Source of the DNA: Octopus vulgaris | Taxonomy: Eukaryota | DNA: 64,000 nucleotides | Direction: 5' to 3' | Assembly: GCA_951406725.2 (NCBI GenBank) | Contig: OX597817.1 | Coordinates: 78,864,001-78,928,000, forward strand | Part shown: piece by piece, positions 1 through 10,825 of the stretch | Layout: each line of letters begins with the position of its first letter | Numbering within the stretch: the stretch's first letter is position 1 | Notes under the pieces: generated by a model | Database searches by the model: none | What the model was told of the DNA's origin: nothing | Seen by the model: the letters and a program-made list of their open reading frames with translations, nothing else | Made by a program: the position numbers and the translations under genes

Positions 1-155
1 GGAAAAATATGAATTCTGTAGACAAGGTAAGAACAGTACTGGAGGAGTATTTTTCATCACAGACAAGTCAATTTTGGATGAGGAGCCTTGCAAGTCTACT
101 AGATAGACGTAAGAGCATTGTAGAAAATGGAGGAGAGTATATTTTAGATTTTTAA
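1..155 (+). mobile_element. mariner transposase C-terminal remnant (cut by window edge)
   Basis: Frame from base 3 reads KNMNSVDKVRTVLEEYFSSQTSQFWMRSLASLLDRRKSIVENGGEYILDF*, matching the mariner C-terminal pattern (..FFxSKxxxFYxxGIxxLxxRWxxVxxxxGxY). Confidence 0.8.
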
Positions 156-559
156 AAAACTTTGTTTATCTTAATGAGTTTATTAATGAGAAGTGAAGGT
201 GTGATAGATGAATAAGGAAGGAAGAGGTGATGTCGTATTTTTTTCATAGCTCCCATGGTTACTGAGATTATCTAGTATAATAATACTCTTGTGAGTAAGA
301 AAGGGGTGATAGATGAATAAGGAAGGAAGGGGTGAGCATTTCAACTTTGTGTGAATATATGTGTATGTAAGAGGTGTATGTGAATGTGTGTGTACGTGTG
401 TGTGTGTACGTGTGTGTGCGTGCAATGGAAGTGGGATGGTTCATCTTTGTTTGCTTAGTATTTGGGTTTATTTTTTGATTTGATTGAATCTTGGTTGGTT
501 TTTCTTTTTTTGTTCTTGATCAGTTATGTTTTAGCATTTTGACAGAAAAGAGTCTTTCT

Positions 560-668
560 AAAATTGTTTTTTAATGTAAGCGTGCCCAAACAAGTCAAAT
601 GCTTATACAGAGCAGGTTTTACAGGCACATCATCAAAACTGACCGGGTGAAACCAGGCTTAGCTGCTA

Positions 669-669
<1 letters not shown>
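560..669 (+). mobile_element. Helitron-like 3' terminus
   Basis: Short imperfect hairpin CCGGGTGAAACCAGG about 10 nt before terminal CTAG (666-669), followed by T and (TA)n. 5' extent not determined. Confidence 0.4.
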
Positions 670-712
<43 letters not shown>

Positions 713-777
713 TCATCATCATATATATCCTCATCATCATCATCATCGTTTAACGTCCACTTTCCATGCTAGCATGG

Positions 778-834
<57 letters not shown>

Positions 835-873
835 ATATATATGTATATATATGTGTTTATATATGTATATATA

Positions 874-908
<35 letters not shown>
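670..908. repeat. (TA)n microsatellite containing a very short RTE-tail insert (about 711-778, minus strand)
   Basis: (TA)n, then (CAT)n CGTTTAACGTCCACTTTCCATGCTAGCATGG, then (TA)n resumes. Confidence 0.85.
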
Positions 909-910
<2 letters not shown>

Positions 911-1142
911 CTAAACCTTGCTAAGATAAATATTTCAATTACCTGAAGATTGACTGTAACCATAACTCGAATTATTACGAATTGGACAGCCATGAAACGA
1001 TCGTAGTGTTTTACTCATTATATTTTATTAAACTTTTACTACTTTTGATATATATTTAAAATAATATAAATGAATTAATTTTATGTATTGGCTTAAGTTT
1101 TGCATTGTTTGATTTGCCTAATAGTGGTTTTATCTCTAATTT

Positions 1143-1186
<44 letters not shown>

Positions 1187-1690
1187 ATATATATACTGAG
1201 GGAGGGAGAGAGAGAATGAGAGAGAGAGCCTGAACTTTGTGTGCCTTTATTTCATTTGTTACAACTCTTTCAGTATTCTGCTACACATGATGTCACATAG
1301 TAGATGCAATCCATACATGCACTTCATAAGGATAGCATGTGTTACCAAGTATTGGAAAAAAAAATGATTAAATAGACAATGAAATAAATGAGAATCATGT
1401 GTTAACCCATGTTCTTTGTTCTCTCACTATTGATGTGTTCTTATTTTATGTTATAGCCCACATGTGGGTTTGCAGGACCTCATGTGAATAGACAAAGGTG
1501 GTGAGTTTAATGCGATTAACAATAAGACACAAAATCTGAATGGAATAATTTGGCATGTACTGAACACATCTATATTTGTGTGTGTGTGGGGGGTGAATGG
1601 GTGTGTATAGGTGTATGTGTATGCATGCAGGCATGTGTGTGTGTACATATATGTGTTGGTGTGTGTGTTTATATCTATGTGTGTGTATGC

Positions 1691-1734
<44 letters not shown>

Positions 1735-1744
1735 ATATCTAAGT

Positions 1745-1952
1745 TATTTTGTCTGTACCCTATCACTGCTTGATGGTTGGTTTGTTTACATTTCTATTTA
1801 CTTTGTAGTTCAGCCAAAAAAAAACAATAAAATGAGCACCAGACTTTAAGAGAAAGCATAAGGAATGGGGTCAATTTGTTTGACTTAACCCTTCAAGGCA
1901 GTGCCCCAGCATATCCACAGTTCATTGAGTGAAGCAGGTATAAGATAAAAAA
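1745..1952 (+). mobile_element. SINE family A, decayed 3' half
   Basis: GGGGTCAATTTGTTTGACT..CTTCAAGGCAGTGCCCCAGCAT.. matches the 3' half of better copies at 44620-45025 and 53599-53996. Confidence 0.7.
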
Positions 1953-2550
1953 CAATTGATTTCAGAGTTGTCTCCCTTGTCTATCTTGATAAGAATTAAT
2001 CATCAAAACGAAGGATTTCTTCAATTATTTCTTCAAGTACTTTTCTTTGGCAAGTTACATTCAGCAAGTTATCCCTCACTTCGCTACAGCCTAAATAATT
2101 TCAGCTATTTTACAATAGCACTTTCTTTATTAGAATTAAAATTCAAGATTTCAAAATGTCAAGATTTGTGATTGAAAGAATAGGCTTTTATATTTTTTTT
2201 CAATTTGATTTTCCTATTTCTAAAAGAAACCAGAAGATAGATAAATGGAAGGGAAAAAAAAAACTTGCAAAAAAAAGAACAAAAAAGGAAGAAAAAAGAC
2301 AGATATATTTTTAAAAGATTTTCCAAGTTTTCAAGATAAAGCCAAGGAGAAATTTTAAGGCTGGATACCCTTCCCTGGTGCTATTCATTGAACCATGAAG
2401 CAAAGCAAGGCCAGACATATTTGTATCAGCAACCAGTCTTTTATTATTTGTTCCAATGGACTCTGAAGAGTAGTCTGTCTCTATCCTGCAGTTTGATTCA
2501 AGAGAATATTCATTCACTGTATGTATGTATGTATTTATGTATGTATGTAT

Positions 2551-2581
<31 letters not shown>

Positions 2582-3485
2582 CATACACATACATTGTTTA
2601 CGCACAGAAGACATTCTTTCAGTATATGTGTATATATATATATATATACACACACATATACATATATTTGGATATATATATATATATATATATATATAAG
2701 AGAGAGAGAGAGAGAGAGAGAGGAGTGAGAAAGAGACAGAAAGACAGAAAGAGATGGGATATAAGTATTATACGCTTCAGTTTTTGTTAGAAAAATATAT
2801 GGGGTAGAGGCCAAACCCATAGATAAATCTAGGTAGCGAACAAATAAATTAATAAACTGTATAAAAGAATTGACTTCACACAAGAAATTATGAGAAGATA
2901 AAGATGAAGTTTATTATGGTACACACACACACGCATATATATATATATATATATATATACATACATAATCATACATACATATGCATACATACATAATCAT
3001 ACATAAATATGCATACATACATACATTCTATACATAAATGTATATGTACATACACATATTTGTACTCATGTCAGACTGATGATGCACATACGCACTCACT
3101 CACACACACACTCACACACACATTTATGCCCGTGCATACGCATAGACAGACAGAGTGATAGGCATATAGACAGGAAGAGGTTCATACATTCTTCACTCTC
3201 CTTATCTGTCAGGTCTTCTTGATGAAATATGCTTCCATGGTGCTTAGTTTATACTTTCTTCATCTATTCTGATAGATTCCAAGCCGCACATACAGACTTG
3301 TGTGCGTGTGTCCCTCCGTATGTGTGTGTGCATGCGTGTGTATGTATATACACATTGAGATGAGGGAGATACATAAATGTATGTGTGTGAGCACACATTA
3401 AGAGGAGGGAGATACATAAATGTATGTGTGTGTGTGTATGTATAAATATATATATATATATATATATAAATATATATATATATAT

Positions 3486-3684
3486 TACGGAGATGTACTT
3501 GCATAGCAAGTGACCTGAGATCGTGTGCCGGAACAAAAACAATTGCTGCATGGAAGGTGTTTATAAGCCATTTAAGAAACACACAAAAACCGTTAGATTC
3601 ACTTCAGCATATAAATTTAATTTGTCAAAAAATTTTTATCGCTTTGAGGTCGCCACTTGTTCACTGACAAAATTCCGTGCTGCA
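3486..3684 (-). mobile_element. About 200-bp insert in (TA)n with a degenerate hammerhead motif; probable Penelope-like pLTR fragment
   Basis: Non-repetitive segment flanked on both sides by (TA)n; contains the 3621-3671 motif. Confidence 0.5.
3621..3671 (-). ncRNA. degenerate minimal type-I hammerhead-like motif, G3/C8 core variant
   Basis: Minus strand UUUGUCA-GUGAACA-A-GUGGC-gaccucaaa-GCGAU-AAAA-auuuuu-UGACAAA: perfect 7-bp stem I and GUGAACA core. Stem II is imperfect and GAAA reads AAAA. Confidence 0.45.
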
Positions 3685-3698
3685 TATATATATTTACA

Positions 3699-3767
<69 letters not shown>

Positions 3768-3794
3768 GTATGTATATATGTATATATATATATG

Positions 3795-3843
<49 letters not shown>

Positions 3844-3852
3844 ATATATATG

Positions 3853-3941
<89 letters not shown>
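3684..3941. repeat. long (TA)n/(TATG)n microsatellite
   Basis: Direct reading. Confidence 0.95.
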
Positions 3942-3944
<3 letters not shown>

Positions 3945-4080
3945 TGCCATCATCATTTAGCATCCATTTCACATGCTGGCACAGCTTGGAGGGCTTCTCA
4001 GGAGCTGGCAAGATCAGGGGGCTGCACCAACTTCCATAGTCTGACCTACTTTCTACAGCTGGATGCCCTTCCTAATGACA
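3945..4080 (-). mobile_element. RTE-type LINE 3' tail, decayed
   Basis: CATCATCATTTAGCATCCATTTCACATGCTGGCA...CTACAGCTGGATGCCCTTCCTAATG matches the other (GAT)n-tailed copies. Confidence 0.7.
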
Positions 4081-4214
4081 ATCTAAAATTCTGTGTTGGT
4101 GTGTGTGAAAATCTACCATAGTAGTGGTGTTGTTTATATTTATCTCAGAGCTGTCTTTATTTACGATGGAAGATCGTGTCACAGTTGAAGACAATACCTG
4201 GCTAATATTTTGGA

Positions 4215-5400
4215 TCAGTATGTATGAACGAGGGTGTACATGTTTACACTTTTATCACTTTCAGACTATTCTTCATTTGAAACAATGCATTGGTCCAGAT
4301 GCATTTTCCATTGTTTGAAGAAGTTCTGGAACTTTTGCAAAGTAATACCTCTGAATGCCTCTAACGTATTTTTTCTTCACCTCTTCCACATCTGTTTTCC
4401 ATTAAGGACTTCCTTCATTCAGAGGAACAAAAAAGTCAGAGGGAGCATGATCAGGTCAATAGGGTGTGTGGGTAAATGGACTCATGCCATTTTTGGTCAC
4501 AAACTGTCTCACACTCAAGTAGTGTGTGTTGTGATGAAACCACTGCTCTCCACTTTTCCAGAGGTCAGGGCATCATTTTCATGCCACTGCATCTGGCAAA
4601 TGCATCAGAACTGCCAAGTAAAATGTCTGGTTAACAGTTTGACCAGGAGGAACAAATTTTGTGTGGAAAATTTCTTTCACATCAATGATATAAATCAGCA
4701 TCGTCTTGATATTGGCCTTCACTTGATGTGCTTTTTTTCACTTGATGTACTTACATTGAATGCTTCCATGGATTTGATTGTGACTTCATTTCCAAGTTGT
4801 AGCCATAGCACCAGTTTTCATCACCAGTGGTGACCTTTGAAAAAATGTCTGGATCAACTTCCAAAAGTTCTTTCAGTTCACAGCACACATTCAGTCGTGA
4901 TTGATTTTGATCTTCTGTGAGCATGTGAGGTACAAATTTTGCTGCAACTCATTTCATTCCAGTTTCTCATTCAGAATTTGTTGGCAAAAGTTCCCGGACA
5001 CACCAATCAAATCAACAATTTCATTAATTGTTTGGTGACTGTCCTCCAAGATCAGTTCATGAATTTTCATATTTTCATTTGTTCAGGAGGTTGATGGTCA
5101 CCCAGAATGAGAATGGTCTTGAAGCAACAAGTGACCATTCCTAAAGCATGAAAACCTCTTGTTAACTTGTGTTTTGCTCATAGCTGTTTGAAGCATGACA
5201 ACTGTTTCAACTGCCATTTTCCCCAGCAGAAAACAGAATATCATGGAAGCATGCTCTTTCTTTGTTTCAGCCTTCACAAAAATTGATGGACAGGAGAGAA
5301 GCCCTGCAAAACAAAGACACACCGCATGACGGTACAACTTCACAGGACACTGCTGGTTGGCAGACTGAAGCTTGAGAGCTACCTCAAGAGGCTTCTAGCA
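4215..5400 (-). mobile_element. decayed mariner transposon
   Basis: N-terminal HTH-like IFCFLLGKMAVETVVMLQTAMSKTQVNKRFSCFRNGHLLLQDHSHSG (5098-5343). C-terminus near 4250-4380 reads ..LEAFRGITLQKFQNFFKQWKMHLDQCIVSNEE*SESDK (cf. ..FQxCFxQWxxRxxKCIxSxGEYFEGD). Several stops and deletions. Confidence 0.85.
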
Positions 5401-5741
5401 ATGGAAGCCTGAACTACAGTGGGCTTGTTCTACAGAGAACATTTCCTCCTTGTATGTATGTATGTATTCTTTCTCATTTGTTTCAGTCATTTGACTGCGG
5501 CCATGCTGGAGCACCAATTTTAGTTGACCAAACCGATCCTAGGACCCATTCTTTGTAAGTCTAGTTCTTATTCCATTAGCCCCTTTTTACCAAACTGCTA
5601 AGTTACAGGGGCATAAACACACCAACATCAGTTGTCAAATGGTGGGGAAGGGACAAACGCAGACACACAAACATAAACATCACCATCATCATCATCATCA
5701 TCATCATCGTTTAACATCTGCTTTCCATGTTAGCATGGGTT

Positions 5742-5792
<51 letters not shown>

Positions 5793-5794
<2 letters not shown>

Positions 5795-6248
5795 TTCTTT
5801 ACCACACCTGTCTGTGTTTGGATGGCACAGGGGCCATCTGGGCTCCCCTTTTCGCTGTGAATAGGGATTAATCTTCTCTCTTCACTCCTTTGCACCACAT
5901 GGGCTCAACTCTCCTCCCCTCTTCATCTAACCCTCGTCCTCTCTCCTCTCTTCCTCTCACATCCATTTCTTCCCACCCACCACTCCTCTCTTGCTCTGAC
6001 ACCTATTTACTCTCTTCACTCCTCCCCACCTTCTCCCTTCCACCCTCTCCTGTGTGACCCCTCTGTCCGGCATTCACCATGATAGATCGCTAGCCACTAA
6101 ACCTTTTTTATTTTCTCTTCCTCTTATTTCTGTGTTACTTTCTGTCGAAGAATGAAGGCTTGAAATGTAAAAGACTTTCTCACTTCTCCTGTTTGCTGTT
6201 TACACACCCATCTTCGTCTTTTGTTTTTTTTTTAATTTTCACTGTATA
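5793..6248 (+). mobile_element. Penelope-like (Neptune-type) 3' fragment: end of GIY-YIG domain, pyrimidine tract, pLTR
   Basis: HLSVFGWHRGHLGSPFRCE*GLIFSLHSFAPHGLNS is homologous to HLSVFGLSLHRGHPDSRLRREQELIFSLRSYTPFGLNS at about 24490-24600. It is followed by a C/T tract and the same pLTR as 23481-23700. Confidence 0.85.
6137..6174 (+). ncRNA. degenerate minimal hammerhead-like motif (CUGUCGA core)
   Basis: aCUUU-CUGUCGA-A-GAAU-gaag-GCUU-GAA-AUGU-A-AAAGa; a decayed copy of the 27320-27357 motif. Confidence 0.5.
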
Positions 6249-6524
6249 CGATGGAATTCCTTCAGTGTCTGTCTACCAAATCTACTCACAAGGCTTTGAT
6301 CAGCTACAGTAGAAGACACCTGCCAAAGGTGCCACGAAGTGGGACTGAACCAACCATATGGTTGGTAAGCAAACTACTTACAACACAGCCATTCCTGCAC
6401 CTATGTAAGTAAATATGTATGTATTATGTTCTCTTCTGCTTTTAATTATTTAAATTCTTCCTTTGAGGAAGGATCTGGTGTTTCAAACAAAGATACAAAG
6501 CCCCATCTTTGCAATGTAGATAAT

Positions 6525-6740
6525 TCTTTCTATTATAGGCACAGGGCCTGAAATTTTCAGGGAGGAGGTAAGTTGATTACATCGACCTCAGTGTATAACT
6601 AGTACTTATTTAATCAACCCTGAAAGGGTGAAAGGCAAAGTCGACCTCAGCGGAATTTGAACTCAGAACATAGCAAGGGGTGAAATACTGCCAAGCATTT
6701 CATCCAGCATGCTTACAATTCGGCCAGCTTATCGCCTTTA
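6525..6740 (-). mobile_element. tRNA-derived SINE family B
   Basis: Reverse complement of AAGGCG..AGCTGGC.GAAT.G..AGCA...GAGTTCAAATTCCGC.GAGGTCGACTTTGCCTTTCA; box-B-like GTTCAAAT; many copies in the window. Confidence 0.85.
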
Positions 6741-7124
6741 TCACTGAAATGTAGATAATAAAAAACAATGTCATATTTTGAACTTGAGAAATGTTTTGCA
6801 TAATTATACTGTTCCACTTACGGATTGTATGTGTAATGTGCGAGTTAGTTGGTTGATTTCTTTTTCTGGAAACACTAACTTATCCAGATTGTCACTTAGA
6901 CATTTACTCACAAAGCCAAGTGTATCAATTATTATTATTTTCACTTATTTCTATTTTGATACATTTTGGTAGTTATAGTGTGTTACTCGTCTACACGAGG
7001 AACTCATGCACGACAACTGTTTGTATGGTGTCTCACCCATGAGGCACCAGTGCATGATGGGTCGACATGATGGTAGTGGATAATAAAGAATCTCATGAAT
7101 TCCATTTTGTTTCTCTCATATATT

Positions 7125-7179
7125 TTATGTATGTAGGTATGCATGCCTGTCTGTCTCCCTCTCTCTGTATGTATGTATG

Positions 7180-7212
<33 letters not shown>

Positions 7213-7454
7213 GTATAAGAGCAGGAACTCAAATATTCACATTCATACATAAGCAAACATACACCAGATATACAAAATTTCATTCATACAGATGTACATG
7301 TATCAGTAGGCATACATTAATACATATTAACTGATACACTGGTATGAATTTACACATGTTCCATCTCTCTCAAATTTTTGGATACACAATTAGACAAATC
7401 AATAGACTTAAAAAATAGATATGAAACATTACGCATTCAAAAACATAAATTCGT

Positions 7455-7485
<31 letters not shown>

Positions 7486-7568
7486 TAAACACACACACAT
7501 AAACACACACAAATACACACAGAAATACACACACACACATAAACAAACACAAATACACACACACATAT

Positions 7569-7627
<59 letters not shown>

Positions 7628-7670
7628 TAAACAAAAACACACACACACAAATACTTGACTTGCCACACAT
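7125..7670. repeat. (TATG)n and long imperfect (CA)n microsatellites
   Basis: Direct reading. Confidence 0.9.
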
Positions 7671-8229
7671 ATATCCAAGTAGATCAATATAGACAGATCA
7701 ATGCATTGGTTAATATATAAATACATAACACACATTCACATATACATATATACAGAGAGAAACAAATACAGATTTTTTTTAAATATACACACTTGATTAA
7801 ATGGACAAACACATATTTATGTTCAGACATATATTTTGTAAAATATATGTGTGTATGTATGCATACATACAGACATATATATATATACATACACACATAT
7901 ATATATACATACCCACAAGGTATTTTACTAGAAATATCAGGACTAATTAAATGTTTCTGAGGTAACATGTCAATATTTCTGTAATTGTTATTATTGACAT
8001 TTAATATTCGATCTACATTGCTATATAACCTTCCACAACACACTGATTTTTAATTTATCTTTTAACTTTTATCTTTTACTGGTTCCAGCCAGGGGCTAAG
8101 TTTATTTGTTAGTTTATTTCCAAACTTACTTCCTGGACCTCTCTCTGGGTTTGGTTCTAGTGGTGTAGGGAAGCAGACAAAGCTGTCTTTCTGTGCATTC
8201 CTTGCGATGATGTGGGTTCATCTTGTATC

Positions 8230-9570
8230 TGAAACAAAATTTTCATATTTCAGGACATCAGAGATATTAGGGTTTTGTACATTGTTGTATGGCAAATTAG
8301 GGATGTATAGTTTTTAATGTATTTTGTTTCATCATTTTTGGGGAGCAAAAAAGTGATATCATTGTCCAGCCATCCTGGGGTTGTCTGCAGTTCCTTCATA
8401 ACAGTATGGTAACAAGGTAGTTTCTTGTATGAGTTTATAAACACATCAAGCTGATAGTTTGGGATGTTATCCATACCAGGTGAATTCTATTTACTGGATT
8501 TTTCTCATGTTAGTTTGACATTTTCTACACTTGTCACTTCCCATATTTGCTCCTCTATAACCTCAGTGTCTTCTTTTTGTCTATTAATCCATGGCACATC
8601 AAAGTTGTGCTCCCTTTCATCTGCCCAAATTTTCCTCTTGAACTAAAGTATTTCATACTCTAAAGCAACTACTACTTTGATGGTATTGTTTCCAATATAC
8701 CTTCAGAATCTCTCTGGATTATTCTCAAACATGCTACTATCTTCAGAGAACCTGGATCATTTTTAAAAGTGGCGCATATATGCAGGTTTGGCCTGCACTT
8801 TTTGCTTTAACTTTTCCATTGCTTCAGCAAAGTGATGTCTGACTTCAAATCATACTTCCACATCATCTATCTCTTCTTAGATGGCTTTATAGTATGAGTG
8901 TTGCTTAAGATTATCAATGTTTCTATATCATATTGGTGGAGGCACTTGGCCTAGTGGTTAGAGCAGCAGACTCGCAGTTGAGAGATCATGGGTTCGAATC
9001 TCAGACTGGGCGATGTGTGTGTTTATGAGCAAAACACCTAAGCTCCACGCGGTTCAGGCAGAAGGTAATGGCGAACTTCTGCTGACTCTTTCACCACAAC
9101 TTTCTCTCACTCTTTCCTCCTGCATCTTGCAGCTCACCTGCAACGAACCAGCATCCCATCCAGGTGGAGAACCTATACACCAAGGAAACTGGGAAACTGG
9201 CCCTTTGAGCCAGGCATTGCTCGAGAAGGAACAAAAGAAAATATATTGAGATCAATGATTTGTTTCTTCATTCTTTTCTTGGCACATCAGTCTTTTATGA
9301 GAACTTGCCACTCTCTTTTTCAGTTTTACACCACACAGTTTGGTGCAAACTGTAGTAACAGCATAGAGTACCTTGTTCAAGGATGTGATGTTTATTTCAT
9401 TTTCTTTTTCATTTAGATCTGAGGGCCGTGTTCACCTACCAAATTATTTTGTCATTATCTTTACTATTGTGAATCTTAAGAAGATGACTGCATTCATTCA
9501 TATCCATATTTTGGATTTGATCCATTCAACGATTATTTGTTCTTCAAGATTTTTCAGGTACCTTGTCTTG
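8230..9570 (-). mobile_element. R4/Dong-type LINE fragment (N-terminal region and start of RT), interrupted by a SINE
   Basis: PGWLDNDITFLLPKNDETKYIKNYTSLICHTTMYKTLISLM (cf. PxWLTxGxTxLLPKxxxTxxPKNYRPITCLxTMYK); upstream ITSLNKVLYAVTTVCTKLCGVKLKK near 9300-9390; (TTA)n at about 9570. Confidence 0.8.
8937..9240 (+). mobile_element. tRNA-derived SINE family C (variant)
   Basis: Box A TGGCCTAGTGG and box B GGTTCGAATC, then TGAGCAAAACAC core; close relative at 33357-33655. Confidence 0.85.
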
Positions 9571-9589
9571 TTATTATTATTATTTCATT

Positions 9590-10085
9590 CACGCACAATA
9601 GGATAAATTGTTGGAAAAGAAAATTTCCCAATGACAGGCTACAACAATTAACTTTTGATGCTTAGAACCTTCCTAAGTATCCTATGTGTCCCTAATAACA
9701 CTGTTTTCTGGAGCTGCACTAAACTAGGCTGTATGCCTATTTCCTCTCTTCATTTGTTCGAAGCTTTAGGAATATTTTCTAATAAACCTATAATTACAGA
9801 AATACATTTTTACCTGCACTTACCATAGGCTGTGTAATTCTATGGCTAGATCCTGGTACTTTACTATTTTCTCTATACCTCTCATACTGGCGTTTTCATC
9901 ATTTGGGACTGCAAAATCAATTACCTGGCACCTTCTATTCACTTTATTCCAATCAGGCCTTCTCGCTTCTATTACTCTGTGAGTCCGATTGTGAAAATCC
10001 CATAATGTCTTATATTTCTTACTTTTTAGCACTTTCCTAGGTTCATGTTCATACCACTTATCATTATGGTCCAATTCTAACTTTC
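9590..10085 (-). mobile_element. R4/Dong-type LINE 3' fragment, restriction-like endonuclease (RLE) domain
   Basis: KWYEHEPRKVL..LWDF..TH RVIEARRPD..CQVIDFAVPND..EKIVKYQDLAIEL: PD..D..P..K..KY RLE motif. Confidence 0.9.
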
Positions 10086-10117
10086 TACATATTATTGCTG
10101 TTGTTAATAATAATAAT

Positions 10118-10328
10118 CCTTTCTAGTATAGGCACAAAGCCTGATATTTGGAGGAGGGAGATAATCAATAACTCTGACCCCAGTACTAAACTGATACTTA
10201 TTTTATTGACCCTGAAAGGATGAAGGGCAAAAATCGACCTTGACAGACTTTGAATGCATGTTGCGATGGGGGAAATATGGCTACACATTTCGTCCAGAAT
10301 GCTAACAATTCTGCCAGCTTGCCGCCTG
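10118..10328 (-). mobile_element. SINE family B
   Basis: Same sequence as 6525-6740; embedded in (TAA)n. Confidence 0.85.
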
Positions 10329-10359
10329 AATAGTAATAATAATAATAATAATAATAATA

Positions 10360-10812
10360 CTTTGACTTCCTGACAGACAAGATATTAAAGCATGGAAGGC
10401 CTGATACAGTAACCTTTAGGAGGGACAAACGAGAGTGCCTAATAATTGACATGGCAGTGCCAGGAGATCAACATATTATCGTAAAAGAAAGAGAAAGGGT
10501 TGATAAATATGGAGACCTGAGAATTGAGATTGTTAAGATGTGGCAGCTACGTGAGTCAAACATAAGGGTTATCCCTATTGCCATCAGAGCATTGGGTTCA
10601 ATATCACCCAATCTGAAAAAAAAGACATCTGAAAACTTTAGAAATACCCTACAATATACGTATATTGCAAAAGTCGACATTACTTGGAATTGCACACATA
10701 TTGCGTAAAGTACTGTCTGAGGTCCTTGTTGTGACTTGTAAACAGTACAAACCCTTGGTAGACATAATATCGTCAATCAACAATCCCATGATATTGTATT
10801 CTGTGCGATGTC
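10360..10812 (+). mobile_element. R4/Dong-type LINE 3' fragment, RLE domain plus 3' UTR
   Basis: FDFLTDKILKHGRPDTV..CLIIDMAVPGDQHIIVKERERVDKYGDLRIEIVKMW..IPIAIRALGSI; (TAA)n on both flanks. Confidence 0.9.
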
Positions 10813-10825
10813 TATAATAATAATA

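Larger units (their letters stand above)
5465..6410 (-). mobile_element. SINE family A split by nested insertions
   Basis: 3' half at about 5465-5675 and tRNA-like 5' half at about 6250-6410, separated by an RTE tail, (TA)n and a Penelope fragment. Confidence 0.8.

Noticed and set aside
4234-4833. 199-aa plus-strand ORF as a gene
   Set aside because: Antisense shadow of the decayed mariner on the minus strand.
8937-9010. tRNA genes here and at about 33357, 40277, 55853 and 56101
   Set aside because: A and B boxes are present, but each continues into a shared repeat body and lacks a proper acceptor stem; they are SINE heads.
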